Shown: piece after piece, positions 12,501 through 29,830 of the stretch
Layout: each line of letters opens with the position of its first letter
How positions within the stretch are numbered: position 1 is the first letter of the stretch
Assembly: GCA_965112735.1 (NCBI GenBank)
Contig: OZ218954.1
Location: 496,001 to 560,000, forward strand
Origin: Phaeosaccion multiseriatum
Taxonomy: Eukaryota > Protista > Ochrophyta, other classes
Length of the DNA stretch: 64,000 nucleotides
Direction of reading: 5' to 3'
The notes under the pieces: model-generated
Databases searched by the model: none
What the model saw: only the letters and a program-made list of their open reading frames with translations
What the model was told of the DNA's origin: nothing
Program-made: the position numbers and the translations under genes

Positions 12501-14309
12501 GCCTGCTCCACACAGAGTGCCATTTTTGGCGATTCGACCGCAACCTGCTCAGGGGAGGACTCCTGTTACGTGAGTTCTCAGTCCGCTCTCGCTACCTGCT
12601 TCACCGATTGTGTATCTTAGCTTACTTGTGTCGTACCAGCCACTGGCGGCACACACTCCAGGCCTCCCCCCTATCCTGACCCCCCCCCCCCTGTGCCCCT
12701 CGCTCTGCTGGCCTCCTGCCCTCTTTTCTCATCCACACACACCCTGCCTGCTCCACACAGAATGCCAATTTTTTTGGCGTTTCGGCCGTAACCTGCTCAG
12801 GGTTGAGCTCCTGTTACGTGAGTTCTAAGTCCGCTCTCGCTGCCTGCTTGGCCGATTGGGTATCTTACTTGTGTCGTACCACTGGCTGGGCTGGCGGCAC
12901 ACACTCCGGGCCTCCCCCCTGTGCCCCTCTCCTGACCTCCCCCCTGTGCCCCTCTGCTGACCTCGCACACCCGCCCTCTTGTCTCATCAACGCCCACCCT
13001 GGCTGCTCCCCTCGAAGCAGTCTGAGGACTTGCTTTGTGCTTTGATGGCAATTCGATGGCAGCCAAGTGCCAACATGCGCCGAACCTTACTCCTGAGCCC
13101 TGTTTTGTGCTTAGCTAGTCTCAGCCCACGTTCGCTCTCGTAACCTGGCTAATTCTGTGGCTTACTTCTATCGCACCGCCGCTGAAGGGCCCATGCCTCA
13201 AGCCTTGCTCCTGCCTCTCCTGACCTCCCCTCTGTGCCCCTGGCCTCTTGCTGACTCACGTCGTCAATCGCTCCCCACACAGTTTGCTAACGTTTATGCG
13301 TCGGCCGCCATGTGCACGGGTGGATCGGCCTGCCGTTATCTCAGGGTGTGTGTGTATAAGGAAGGGCCAGTCCATGCAAGGGGAAGCAAGTACAAGAGAC
13401 ACGCTTGTAGCTACGCCCCAGATGACGTGATATGTGATACGATGACTGACCATCCATCCGCGCCTGTCTCCCGCGTTTCCTTGTATCACTCTCGGCTGTG
13501 GCCAATAGCTTCAAGGGAGTGGATCATGCTGCGCGGCCACGAGGGGAGGACAATGGTAAGTGGGTAGTCGCAGGCAGAGTGCCTTTGAGGAGTGCATTTA
13601 CTCTCCTGCAGGGGCTGAGGGTTGGCCAATAAGTCAAGGAGCGCCAACCCCACACCCTCGCGCTTACACCCCCCCCCCCCCTCCCTTTGCTCCTGTCTTT
13701 GTGCGTTGATGCCTGGTGTCGTTTGGTGAACTCTCCTTTCCCTTCTTGAACCCCGCCCGTGTGCATCCCTGCAACTGTTTAGCCCCCGAATTGGGCCCCG
13801 CATAGTACCCGGGAGAAAGTGTAAAGGTAAGCATGAGCGAGAAGGGGAGGGAAGGGACAGAGCTGAGGATGACGTATGCACCTTCATCTCGTCGCTCCTC
13901 GATACGTGCTGCTTGCTTTTCATGGCCGCACAGCCAGTGAGCTCTTCGGATTCTTTTGTCGTGGCGGCCCCACCCATTGCCCTCCACAGTCTGACGATCG
14001 TTTCTCTCATGCGCTTGTCTTGTTAATGCCCTACTGGGTCGCTCCCCACCCCCTCCTGCCATGGCGTGCGTCTCGTGCGGCGGTGGCGGCCCTCCTGTTT
14101 ACAGACACCGATGGTGACGGCGTTCATGACCCTTGGGACAAGTGAGTGGTTTAAATTCATTCTATGCATTTCGGACCGACTTGACAGGCAGGAGTGGATC
14201 GCGTTGCTTGTGCGTGTGGGTGTGTGCTGCGTGGCCTGGGTGCGCCCCCCCAGCAGCGCATTTAACTGTGGCCTGCGTTCGTAGCCCTGCTTTTCATGGC
14301 TATCCGCCG

Positions 14310-14341
<32 letters not shown>

Positions 14342-14847
14342 TGTGCCCCCCCCCCCAGCGCGTCTCTGTGTCTAGCTAGTCTTTGGTTTTTGGCCTAGTC
14401 AATACCCTCCTCTCTGTGTCTAGCTAGTCTTTGGTTTTGGCCTAATCAATACCCTCCTCTCTGTGTCTAGCTAGTCTTTGGTTTTGGCCTAATCAATACC
14501 CTCCTCTCTGTGTCTAGCTAGTCTTTGGTTTTGGCCTAGTCAATACCCTCCTCTCTGTGTCTAGCTAGTCTTTGGTTTTGGCCTAGTCAATACCCTCCTC
14601 TCTGTGTCTAGCTAGTCTTTGGTTTTGGCCTAGTCAATACCCTCCTCTCTGCTCCACTTGACACGCATGTGCGACTACAACAAATATGTGTGTGTGCGTG
14701 CGCAATGCCCCCGCGTGTCGAAGAGGGTCCACACTGACTGCAGTACTTCCTCCCCCCCTCGTGCCGACTCCTCGCAGCTGCCCGTTCACATCCAACTCCA
14801 ACCAACGAGACAGCAATAATGACGGAGTAGGAGACGCGTGTAGTTAG
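1..14847 (+). CDS. 3' portion of a large multi-exon modular extracellular lectin/adhesion protein (C-type lectin x>=4, F-type lectin x2, Cys-rich repeats, TSP type-3 repeats); 5' end lies outside the window
   Basis: Phase-compatible exons: <1-333, 978-1424, 2042-2488, 3094-3540, 4089-4098, 4299-4711, 5009-5018, 5205-5617, 5945-6066, 6625-6639, 6990-7028, (unresolved 7029-8237), 8238-8274, 8468-8535, 8750-8786, 8938-9002, 9526-9562, 9750-9817, 10044-10080, 10274-10344, 10579-10615, 10872-10921, 11248-11366, 11746-11760, 11989-12027, 12262-12318, 12516-12569, 12761-12817, (unresolved ~12818-14104), 14105-14141, 14778-14847 (TAG). Treating this as one gene is inferred from phase continuity. Confidence 0.75.
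4089..5617 (+). CDS. Two F-type lectin (fucolectin/galactose-binding-like) modules, each a 10-nt micro-exon plus a 413-nt exon
   Basis: Motifs FCHS...TNRLDCQTCKDRI and FCHS...TNRLSTCCKDRI resemble the F-lectin H...RxDxxxxR signature; the LNLAEV strand is present. Micro-exons 4089-4098 (ag|ATCCCGGCAA|gtaagt) and 5009-5018 restore phase (10+413=423 nt). Confidence 0.8.
5945..7028 (+). CDS. Cys-rich module, copy 1 (exons of 122, 15 and 39 nt)
   Basis: GITREAICKLGGGAYDTSSDTCTCPSVTPLNPLVCRGQVCQ|GTTFV|NCAVSCTESGSCE; parallels copy 2 in exon sizes and Cys spacing. Confidence 0.65.
8238..10921 (+). CDS. Thrombospondin type-3 (Ca-binding) repeat exons: alternating 37-nt and 50-71-nt exons, five pairs
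   Basis: Spliced translation DTDGDGIVDxxDN|CPEVANADQQDLDGDGEGDACD matches the TSP3 consensus DxDGDGxxDxxDNCPxxxNxDQxDxDxDGxGDAC. Flanking introns are duplicated as well. Confidence 0.88.
11248..12817 (+). CDS. Cys-rich module, copy 2, followed by three CSGxxSC repeat micro-exons
   Basis: ...SCTCTSNSDQVDCTGSFCQ|RTVFK|KCAVTCLDDSSCR|NANFQGDSRADCSGKESCT|SAIFGDSTATCSGEDSCY|NANFFGVSAVTCSGLSSCY. The last three exons have cacag acceptors, gtgagt donors and phase 0. Confidence 0.7.
14365..14650. repeat. 47-bp minisatellite, 6 copies, in the last intron of the lectin gene
   Basis: Unit ctctgtgtctagctagtctttggttttggcctagtcaataccctcct repeated head-to-tail. Confidence 0.95.
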
Positions 14848-15965
14848 AAACGGCAGGGCTCGGGGAGAAGCATGATATAGTTCGGAGAGAGAGAGGGAAG
14901 CGCTGGCAAGCGTAGGCGGAAGGAGAGCCGGTGTTGGAAGTACCGAACCAACTGTGAACTGCAGGGTTCCGACAGAATGACCCTACACAGGTATACGTAT
15001 GGCTGGGTGAGAGTATCGTACATTACACTCATGTTCTGTGGACGCGCCTTCTGCGACCACACTGTGATGACATGGCCTGCAACTTGCAGTCAATCATGCC
15101 ACGCTTATCTTCCCCCCTCGGGGACTAGGAGCACAACTAGTGCTCACAACCAGATAAACAGACAAAAATAGGACATTCAACATCCAATCTCTGCCGCAAG
15201 TGATCTTCGACCATGGACTCGAGGTAAGGTTGCACTATCGAGTGTCGCCCTCCCCTCTTCGGTTCCATCGCTTGCCCTCTATTTGTCATTCGCTTCGTCC
15301 ACTGGCGTCTTACGAGCCTCAAGCTCCCCATTGTTGCACGCTGTCAACTGACCGTAGTAGCATCGTATTGCCGACAGCAGTGATGGGAGAGGAAGGAAGA
15401 GGCCAAGAAACGTTCTCCGGGATGGACACGAATGGCTGGAAGAGGGAGGAACAAGAGGGGGGGGAGAGATAGTCTATGGGGGATGGGGGAGGGAAGGGAG
15501 CTGCGACGACCGACCGACATCAGTGGTGGAAGCAAGAAGGCACAACCAAGCTCACCCTTCAACTAAGGGGGGGAAGACGTCGGAGGAGCGAGGGGAAGGA
15601 ACTATAAAGGGATGGTTCCGAGCCAGCAGCCAGTACATGGGTGCCACCCTAGTTGCTTCCGGGCAGTAACGGCTCCGCTCAGATGGCAGAGCTAAAGTTG
15701 TATGTTCTTCCTATCCTTTCGATGTATGACTCTAAATTATTATTTCTCACCCATATATATATATATATTGCCTATTGCAGACTGCCCTAGTCAAATTGGA
15801 ACTGAAACTGAAACTTCACTCCGCTCCGTAGCAGTGGACAGCAATCTGAAACTTCACTGCCCATCCTACATCCATCCTACTCTCTGCTGTTGTCTACCGT
15901 ATAAGGCAGGGCAGGTACTCTTTGCTCCTCTTCACTACCTAACTCACCCTCCCTGACTAAGCCCA

Positions 15966-23560
<7,595 letters not shown>

Positions 23561-23767
23561 CCTGTTGATCCCGAGGGGGACGATCCCGATAAGGGTCTTC
23601 CCGAGGGGCCCGGGGATGCGGGTCGCCCCCCCGAGTTGTCGTGGAGGGGGAATTACGTCTCGTGGAATGGGAAAAAGGTTCAAACTCCACAATGTCAATT
23701 GGTACTCCAAAAATGTCAAATGGCGACGTTGCCCAAAAAAAATTGTTTTTTTTTGTGAAGGCCGTAC

Positions 23768-23897
23768 CTTGTCTTCGGGGCACGTTGGCGAAGTTCCCGT
23801 ACAGTGCTCCTTCACATCAGTACCACAGCAACTCTCCCTGCATGCCTTCGTGCTCGGTTCAAAGATTCGGGGCAGTCAGCTGAAGTTCCATCACCAA
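23768..23897 (-). pseudogene. Frameshifted fragment of a disintegrin-like repeat exon
   Basis: GDGTSADCPE-(frameshift)-FEPSTKACRESCCGTDVKEHCTGTSPTCPEDK|gtacgg matches disintegrin-type spacing F.P....CR.....D..E.CTG.S..CP.D. Confidence 0.55.
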
Positions 23898-24051
23898 GGC
23901 ACATGAGCTTCTACCGACAACACCAAAAGTTTGTTGGGTTTTGGTCATTGGGGGTCGGTAGAAGCAGCATGCGCAGCTTCACATCTCTCTCGTTCCAGGC
24001 TTGAGGTGGATTTCTGCGTTAGGAAGAGATACACAACGGACAGAAAGAACG

Positions 24052-27000
24052 ATGGGCTTCATTTGTCCGGCAGGAGGAGGAGGACGAGGAGGAGGAGCGG
24101 GAAGTGTTTGTGGAGATGGTGCTGCCTTTCCACGCTCGCGGGGACCATGGGCCTCTGCCCCCTCCACTTCTCCACCCGTGCACCCTCCTGAGGGAAAACA
24201 GAGCCAAGGGCCTGTTCAGCGGCGCTCGGTGCCCCAGTTTGGAACCAGCGGTGGTCTCAATGCAGGAGGGCCGTATCAGGGACGAGGCGGTGGCAACCGC
24301 GTCCGAGGACGGCAAATAGCGCTGACCAAAGAGATCAAGAGAGTTGGGAGCAGGGGCGACTGGCGAGGGGTGGCCCGATTGCTCGGGGGGGCGAAAGAAG
24401 AGGGGGTGCAAATGAACATCATTATCTTTAGCGCCGCCATTTCTGCGGTGGGTAAGGCTGGGAGATGGAAGGGCGCGCTTGCCCTGCTCGATGAGACGAA
24501 GACAAGCGGCCTCCAACCCGATGTCATCTTGTACAGCTCTGTGATTTCAGCTTGTGCCAGGGCAGGAGAGCACGAGAAGGCGGTGGACTTGTTGAGGGAG
24601 ATGCGCAAGGAAGGCCTTCAACCCGATGTCATCTCGTACAGCTCTGCTATTACTGCCTGTGCCAAGGCAGGAGAGCACGAGAAGGCGCTTGACTTGTTGA
24701 GGGAGATACGGACGGAAGGGCTTCAACCCAATGTCATCTCGTACAGCTCTGCGATTTCTGCTTGTGCCAAGGCAGCTGAGCACGAGAAGGCGCTAGAGTT
24801 GCTCGACGAGATGCGCAGGGAAGGCCTTCAACCCGATGGCATCACCTATAGCTCTGCGATTTCTGCTTGTGCCAAGGCAGGAGAGCACGAGAAGGCGCTG
24901 GACTTGCTGAAGGAGATGCGCAGGGAAGGAATTCCTCCCGACGTCATCATGTACAACTCCGCCATGACTGCTTGTGGAAATGCAGGAGAGCATGAGAAGG
25001 CGCTTGACTTGCTGGAAGAGATGCGGAGGGAGGGGCTGCAGCTCGATGAAATCTCCTTCAATTCTGCGATTGATGCCTGTGCCAAGGCAGGAGAGTACGA
25101 GAAGGCGCTGGACTTGCTGAGGGACATGCGGAGGGAAGGCCTTCAACCCAATGAAATCTCGTACAGCTCTGCGATTTCTGCTTGTGGCAAGGCAGGACAG
25201 TACCAAAAGGCGCTTGACTTGCTGGAGGAGATGCGGAGGGAGGGCCCTCCGCCTAATGAAATCTCGTACAGCTCTGCGATTACGGCGTGTGGGAACGCAG
25301 GAGAGCACGAAAAGGCGGTGGACTTGCTGGAGGAGATGCGGGGGGGAGGGCTTCAACCCAATGTCTTCACGTACAGCTCTGCCATTTCGGCTTGTGGCAA
25401 GGCAGGGCAGTACGAGAAGGCGCTGGACTTGCTGCAGGAGCTGCGGAGGGAAGGTCTTCCTCCCGACGTGATTACGTACAGCTCTGCGATTTCGGCTTGT
25501 GCCAAGGCAGGGGAGCAGGAGAAGGCGCTCGGTTTGCTGGAGGAGATGCGAAGGGAAGGCCTTCAGCCCAATGAAGTGTCGTACAGTGCGGCGATTTCGG
25601 CCTGTGCCAATGGAGGAGAGCACGAGAAGGCGCTTGGCTTGCTGGAGGGGATGCGGAGGGAAGGTATCGTCCCCAATGAAGTGTCGTACAACTCTGCGAT
25701 TACGGCGTGTGGGAATGCAGGAGAGTACGAGAGGGCGCTGGCCTTGTTGAAGGAGATGCGCAGGGAAGGCCTTCAACCCGATGTCATTTCGTACAGCTCT
25801 GCGATTTCTGCTTGTGCCAAGGCAGGAGAGCATGAGACGGCCCTCGAATTGCTGGAGGAGATGCGGAGAGAAGGGATTCATCCCGATGTCATCGCGTACA
25901 GCTCTGCCATTTCGGCTTGTGGCAAGGCAGGGCAGTGCGAGAAGGCGCTAGACTTGCTGAAGGAGATACGGAGGGAAGGGCTTCAACCCAATGTCATCAC
26001 ATACGATTCTGCCATTTCGGCTTGTGGCAAGGCAGGGCAGTACGAGAAGGCGCTGGACTTGCTGGAGGAGATGCGGAGGGACGGGCTTCAACCCAATGAA
26101 TTCGCGTACAACTCTGCGATGGATGCTTGTGGCGAGACTGGGCAGTACGAGAAGGCGCTGGTCTTGCTGCAGGAGATGCGTAGGGAAGGGCTTCAACCCG
26201 ATGTCATCACGTACAGCTTTGCGATTACAGCTTGTGGCAATGCAGGAGAGCACGAGAAGGCGCTGGAGGTGTTGAAGGAGATGCGGAGGCAAGGCCTCCA
26301 ACCCAATGAAGTCTCGTACAACTCTGCGATTTCGGCGTGTGCCAAGGCAGGAGAGCACGAAAAGGCCCTTGCGTTGCTGCAGGACATGAGAGAGGAGGGT
26401 ATTGAACCGAATGAAATCTCATACAACTCTGCGATTGCTGCTTGTGGCAAGGCAGGAGAGCGGAACAGTGCGCTGGACTTACTAAAGGAGATGCGCAGGG
26501 AAGGTCTTGCACCCAATGAAATCTCCTACAACTCTGCGATTTCAGCGTGTGCCAAGGCAGGAGAGTACGAACAGGCGCTGGAGTTGCTGGAGGAGATGCG
26601 GAGGGAAGGTATCGAGCCCGATGAAATCTCGTACAACTCTGCGATTTGTGCGCTTGACAAGACCGGAAGAGCATACGAGAAGGCGCTGTACTTGTTGAAG
26701 GAGAGGCAGGAGCAAGACCTTCCATCCAGTGCCATCCGGTACAACTGTGCCATGACTGCTTGTGCCCAGGCCGGAGAGTACGAAAAGGCGCTGGACTTGT
26801 TGGAGGAGATGCGGAGGGAAGGGCTTGAACCCGATGTCATGACGTACAACTGTGCGATAGATGCATGTGCCAATTCGTGGCAGTATGTCAAGGCGCTGGA
26901 CATGCTGGAGGAGATGCACAGGGAAGGCCTTGAACCCAATGCCATGTCCTACAAGTCTGCAGTGGAGGCATGTAGCGAGGCGGGGGCGTACGACAAGGTA

Positions 27001-27129
27001 CTTGACTTGTTGAAGGACATGTTCAGACAAGGCCTTGAAGCTGACGTCACTTCACACAGCACGGCCATTGTGACGTATGCGAGGGCACGAAAGCGAGCGC
27101 GAGGGTCACTGACACGTACTGAGTACTGA
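24052..27129 (+). CDS. P-class pentatricopeptide repeat protein with 26 tandem 35-aa repeats (24313-27045) and no C-terminal E/DYW/SMR domain
   Basis: Uninterrupted ORF; consensus VISYSSAISACAKAGEHEKALDLLEEMRREGLQPN/D with 105-bp period. First ATG is at 24052, but an in-frame acceptor (ttccag|GC at 23998) could add upstream exons. Confidence 0.95.
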   Translation: MGFICPAGGGGRGGGAGSVCGDGAAFPRSRGPWASAPSTSPPVHPPEGKQSQGPVQRRSVPQFGTSGGLNAGGPYQGRGGGNRVRGRQIALTKEIKRVGSRGDWRGVARLLGGAKEEGVQMNIIIFSAAISAVGKAGRWKGALALLDETKTSGLQPDVILYSSVISACARAGEHEKAVDLLREMRKEGLQPDVISYSSAITACAKAGEHEKALDLLREIRTEGLQPNVISYSSAISACAKAAEHEKALELLDEMRREGLQPDGITYSSAISACAKAGEHEKALDLLKEMRREGIPPDVIMYNSAMTACGNAGEHEKALDLLEEMRREGLQLDEISFNSAIDACAKAGEYEKALDLLRDMRREGLQPNEISYSSAISACGKAGQYQKALDLLEEMRREGPPPNEISYSSAITACGNAGEHEKAVDLLEEMRGGGLQPNVFTYSSAISACGKAGQYEKALDLLQELRREGLPPDVITYSSAISACAKAGEQEKALGLLEEMRREGLQPNEVSYSAAISACANGGEHEKALGLLEGMRREGIVPNEVSYNSAITACGNAGEYERALALLKEMRREGLQPDVISYSSAISACAKAGEHETALELLEEMRREGIHPDVIAYSSAISACGKAGQCEKALDLLKEIRREGLQPNVITYDSAISACGKAGQYEKALDLLEEMRRDGLQPNEFAYNSAMDACGETGQYEKALVLLQEMRREGLQPDVITYSFAITACGNAGEHEKALEVLKEMRRQGLQPNEVSYNSAISACAKAGEHEKALALLQDMREEGIEPNEISYNSAIAACGKAGERNSALDLLKEMRREGLAPNEISYNSAISACAKAGEYEQALELLEEMRREGIEPDEISYNSAICALDKTGRAYEKALYLLKERQEQDLPSSAIRYNCAMTACAQAGEYEKALDLLEEMRREGLEPDVMTYNCAIDACANSWQYVKALDMLEEMHREGLEPNAMSYKSAVEACSEAGAYDKVLDLLKDMFRQGLEADVTSHSTAIVTYARARKRARGSLTRTEY

Positions 27130-27297
27130 AAGAGATGGGTCACTGACATAATTTTGATGGACAGAAGGAGACGCACAGGCGCAGGAGGTCTTTGTCAACT
27201 CAAATTCAAAATCTGCCGCTGGTGCTGGTGCTGCCGGAACGTATAGAATTACGTAATAATACATCGATGCCGATGTATGTTACAGTTACACTTTTTG

Positions 27298-29799
27298 TCA
27301 AAATTGCACCAGCAGCCCCTCAAAGCCTGTATGGCAGGGCTGAAGCAGGGCCTCCACCTCTTGGTCGTCATCGTCCTTGCCATCGCTACCTCCGGCGCTC
27401 CTCATTGCCACACATAGCTCCTCCCCTCCCCCTCCTCCTCCTCCTCCTCCGTCCGTCACCATTGACAGTCTCTCCCCGCTCAATGACCACACTCTCGCCC
27501 CTCTCTTGCTGCAATCGCCCAGTGAGAGACCCGACGTGCCGGACGTGAACGATTCACTTTCACTCTCACCCTCCCCACCCTTTCCCCCGTCGTCCTCACC
27601 CTCCTTGCTGCCGGATCTGTTGGCAGATTTGCTCGGCTTGGCAGTGAGGCATTGTCTCTTTCCCTTTCCCTTTCCCTTGCTGTCCACAGCACTAGCACTC
27701 GCACTGCGGTAGGCCTTAAAGAGCGAGAATTGCCCCCCGTTCTCCAGGCTCATTAGTTCAATCCCCCAGCGGAGGTCAGGATCGTGCCTGGGGGTGGGTG
27801 GATGGATGGGTGGTGGGTGCGTAAGCGAGTTGAGTGAGTGCGTGCGTGAGTGAGTGCGTAAGTGAGTTGAGTAGGATAGGGAGAGAGGGAGAGAGGGCGA
27901 GATGGTGAGTGACTGAGTGAGTGAGTGGGTAAGTGAGTGAGTGGGTAAGTGAGTGCGTGAGTGAGAGAGTGAGTGGGTGAGTGAGTGAGTGGGTGGGTGA
28001 GTGCGTGAGTGCGTGAGTGCGTGAGTGAGTGCGTGAGTGAGTGGGTGAGTGAGTGAGTGAGTGAGTAAGTAAGTGAGTGAGTGAGTGAGTGAGTGAGTGG
28101 GTGAGTGAGTGGGCGAGTGCGTGAGTGCGTGAGTGAGTGCGTGAGTGCGTGAGTGAGTGGGTGAAGTGGGTGAGTGAGTGAGTGAGTAAGTGAGTGAGTG
28201 AGTGAGTGAGTGAGTGAGTAAGTGGGTGAGTGAGTGAGTGGGTGAGTGAATGAGTGAGTGAGTGAGTGCGTGAGTGAGTAAGTGCGTTAGTGAGTGAGTG
28301 AGTGGGTGAGTGAGTATGTGAGTGAGTGAGTGAGTGAGTGAGTGAGTGAGTGAGTGAGTGAGTGAGTGGGTGAGTGAGTGAGTGGGTGGGTGGGTGGGTG
28401 AGTGTGTGAGTGAGTGGGTGAGTGAGTGAGTGAGTGAGTGAGTGAGTGAGTGAGTGAGTATAGCATGTGAGTGAGTGAGTGAGTGAGTATGTGAGTGAGT
28501 GAGTGAGGGAGGGGGTGAGGGGGTGAGTGAGTATGTGAGTGAGTGAGTATGTGAGTGAGTGGGTGAGTGAGTATGTGAGTGAGTGAGTGAGTGAGTGAGT
28601 GGGTGAGTGGGTGAGTGAGTGAGTGAGTGGGTGGGTGAGTGAGTAAGTGAGTGAGTGGATGAGTGAGTGAGTGGGTGAGTAGGTGAGTGAGTGGGTGAGT
28701 GAGTATGTGAGTGAGTGAGTGAGTGAGTGAGTGAGTATGTGAGTGAGTAAGTAAGTGAGTGAGTGAGTGAGTGAGTGAGTGAGTGAGTATGTGAGTGAGT
28801 GAGTGAGTGAGTGAGTGAGTGAGTGAGTGGGTGGGTGAGTGCGTGAGTGAGTGCGTGAGTGAGTGGGTGAAGTGGGTGAGTGAGTGAGTGAGTGAGTAAG
28901 TAAGTGAGTAAGTGAGTGAGTGAGTGAGTGAGTAAGTGGGTGAGTGAGTGAGTGAGTGAGGGAGTGAGTGAGTGGGTGAGTGAGTGGGTGAGTGAGTATG
29001 TGAGTGAGTGAGTGTGAGTGAGTGGGTGAGTGAGTGTGTGAGTGGGTGGGTGAGTGAGTGGGTGAGTGAGTGAGTGAGTGAGTGAGTGAGTGGGTGAGTG
29101 AGTGAGTGAGTGAGTGAGTATGTGAGTGAGTGAGTGAGTGAGTGAGTGAGTGAGTGAGTGAGTGAGTGAGTGAGTGAGTGAGTGAGGCACATGATACAGA
29201 GCAAGACACTAACGAGATGGGATGTGGAGCGACCTCAGGGAACGAAGCACAAGTCAAACTCAAACTCACATGTCGCACGGACGAAACCCTGTCCCGTGAA
29301 AGCACAACCCCTCCGAAGCACCAATGCCTGTGCCAGTTGTGACAAGGACGAAGGGCCCCATATCGTATCGTCTCACAGAGGCGAATCCCGCCACGCAGGG
29401 CTGAGCCACAAGCCCCACCTCGCCCCTGCCAGGTGTCAGGCCAAGCAGCTGCTGGCCGGCGGTAGGGGCGGTAGGAGGTGTCAGGACCACTTGAGCGCAT
29501 CTGTCGCCTCGGGACAGTCGCCCGCCTTCCATCTGAGGGTGTGTGGGTGTCAGGACAGTGGGCAGTGGATGGCAGTGGATGGCAGTGGATGACAGGGGAT
29601 AGCAGTGGATGGCAGGGGATGGCAGGGGATGGGTGTTCGGCCAGAGGGAGGGGGGGGGGGGGGGTGAGAGCTCAGTGAGTGGAGGGGGGCAGGAAGGAGC
29701 CCACACGAACACACACATACACGTGTCTCAGCACACACACGTAGCAACACCGCACACATACACAAACACGCGAAAGGACGTCTCCCCCCCCACACACAC

Positions 29800-29830
<31 letters not shown>

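Noticed and set aside
14880-15960. Transposon or retroelement remnant between the convergent genes
   Set aside because: Short ORFs with no RT, integrase or transposase motif; no TIR, LTR or TSD visible.
24793-27030. Antisense ORFs overlapping the PPR gene (and likewise the lectin exons)
   Set aside because: Shadow ORFs caused by repeat periodicity and GC-rich codon usage; no recognisable domains.
24052-27129. PPR gene nested in an intron of one long minus-strand gene
   Set aside because: The Sel1 gene has its own terminal exon with a stop at 27298, and nothing links it to the IQ/WW/B-box exons.
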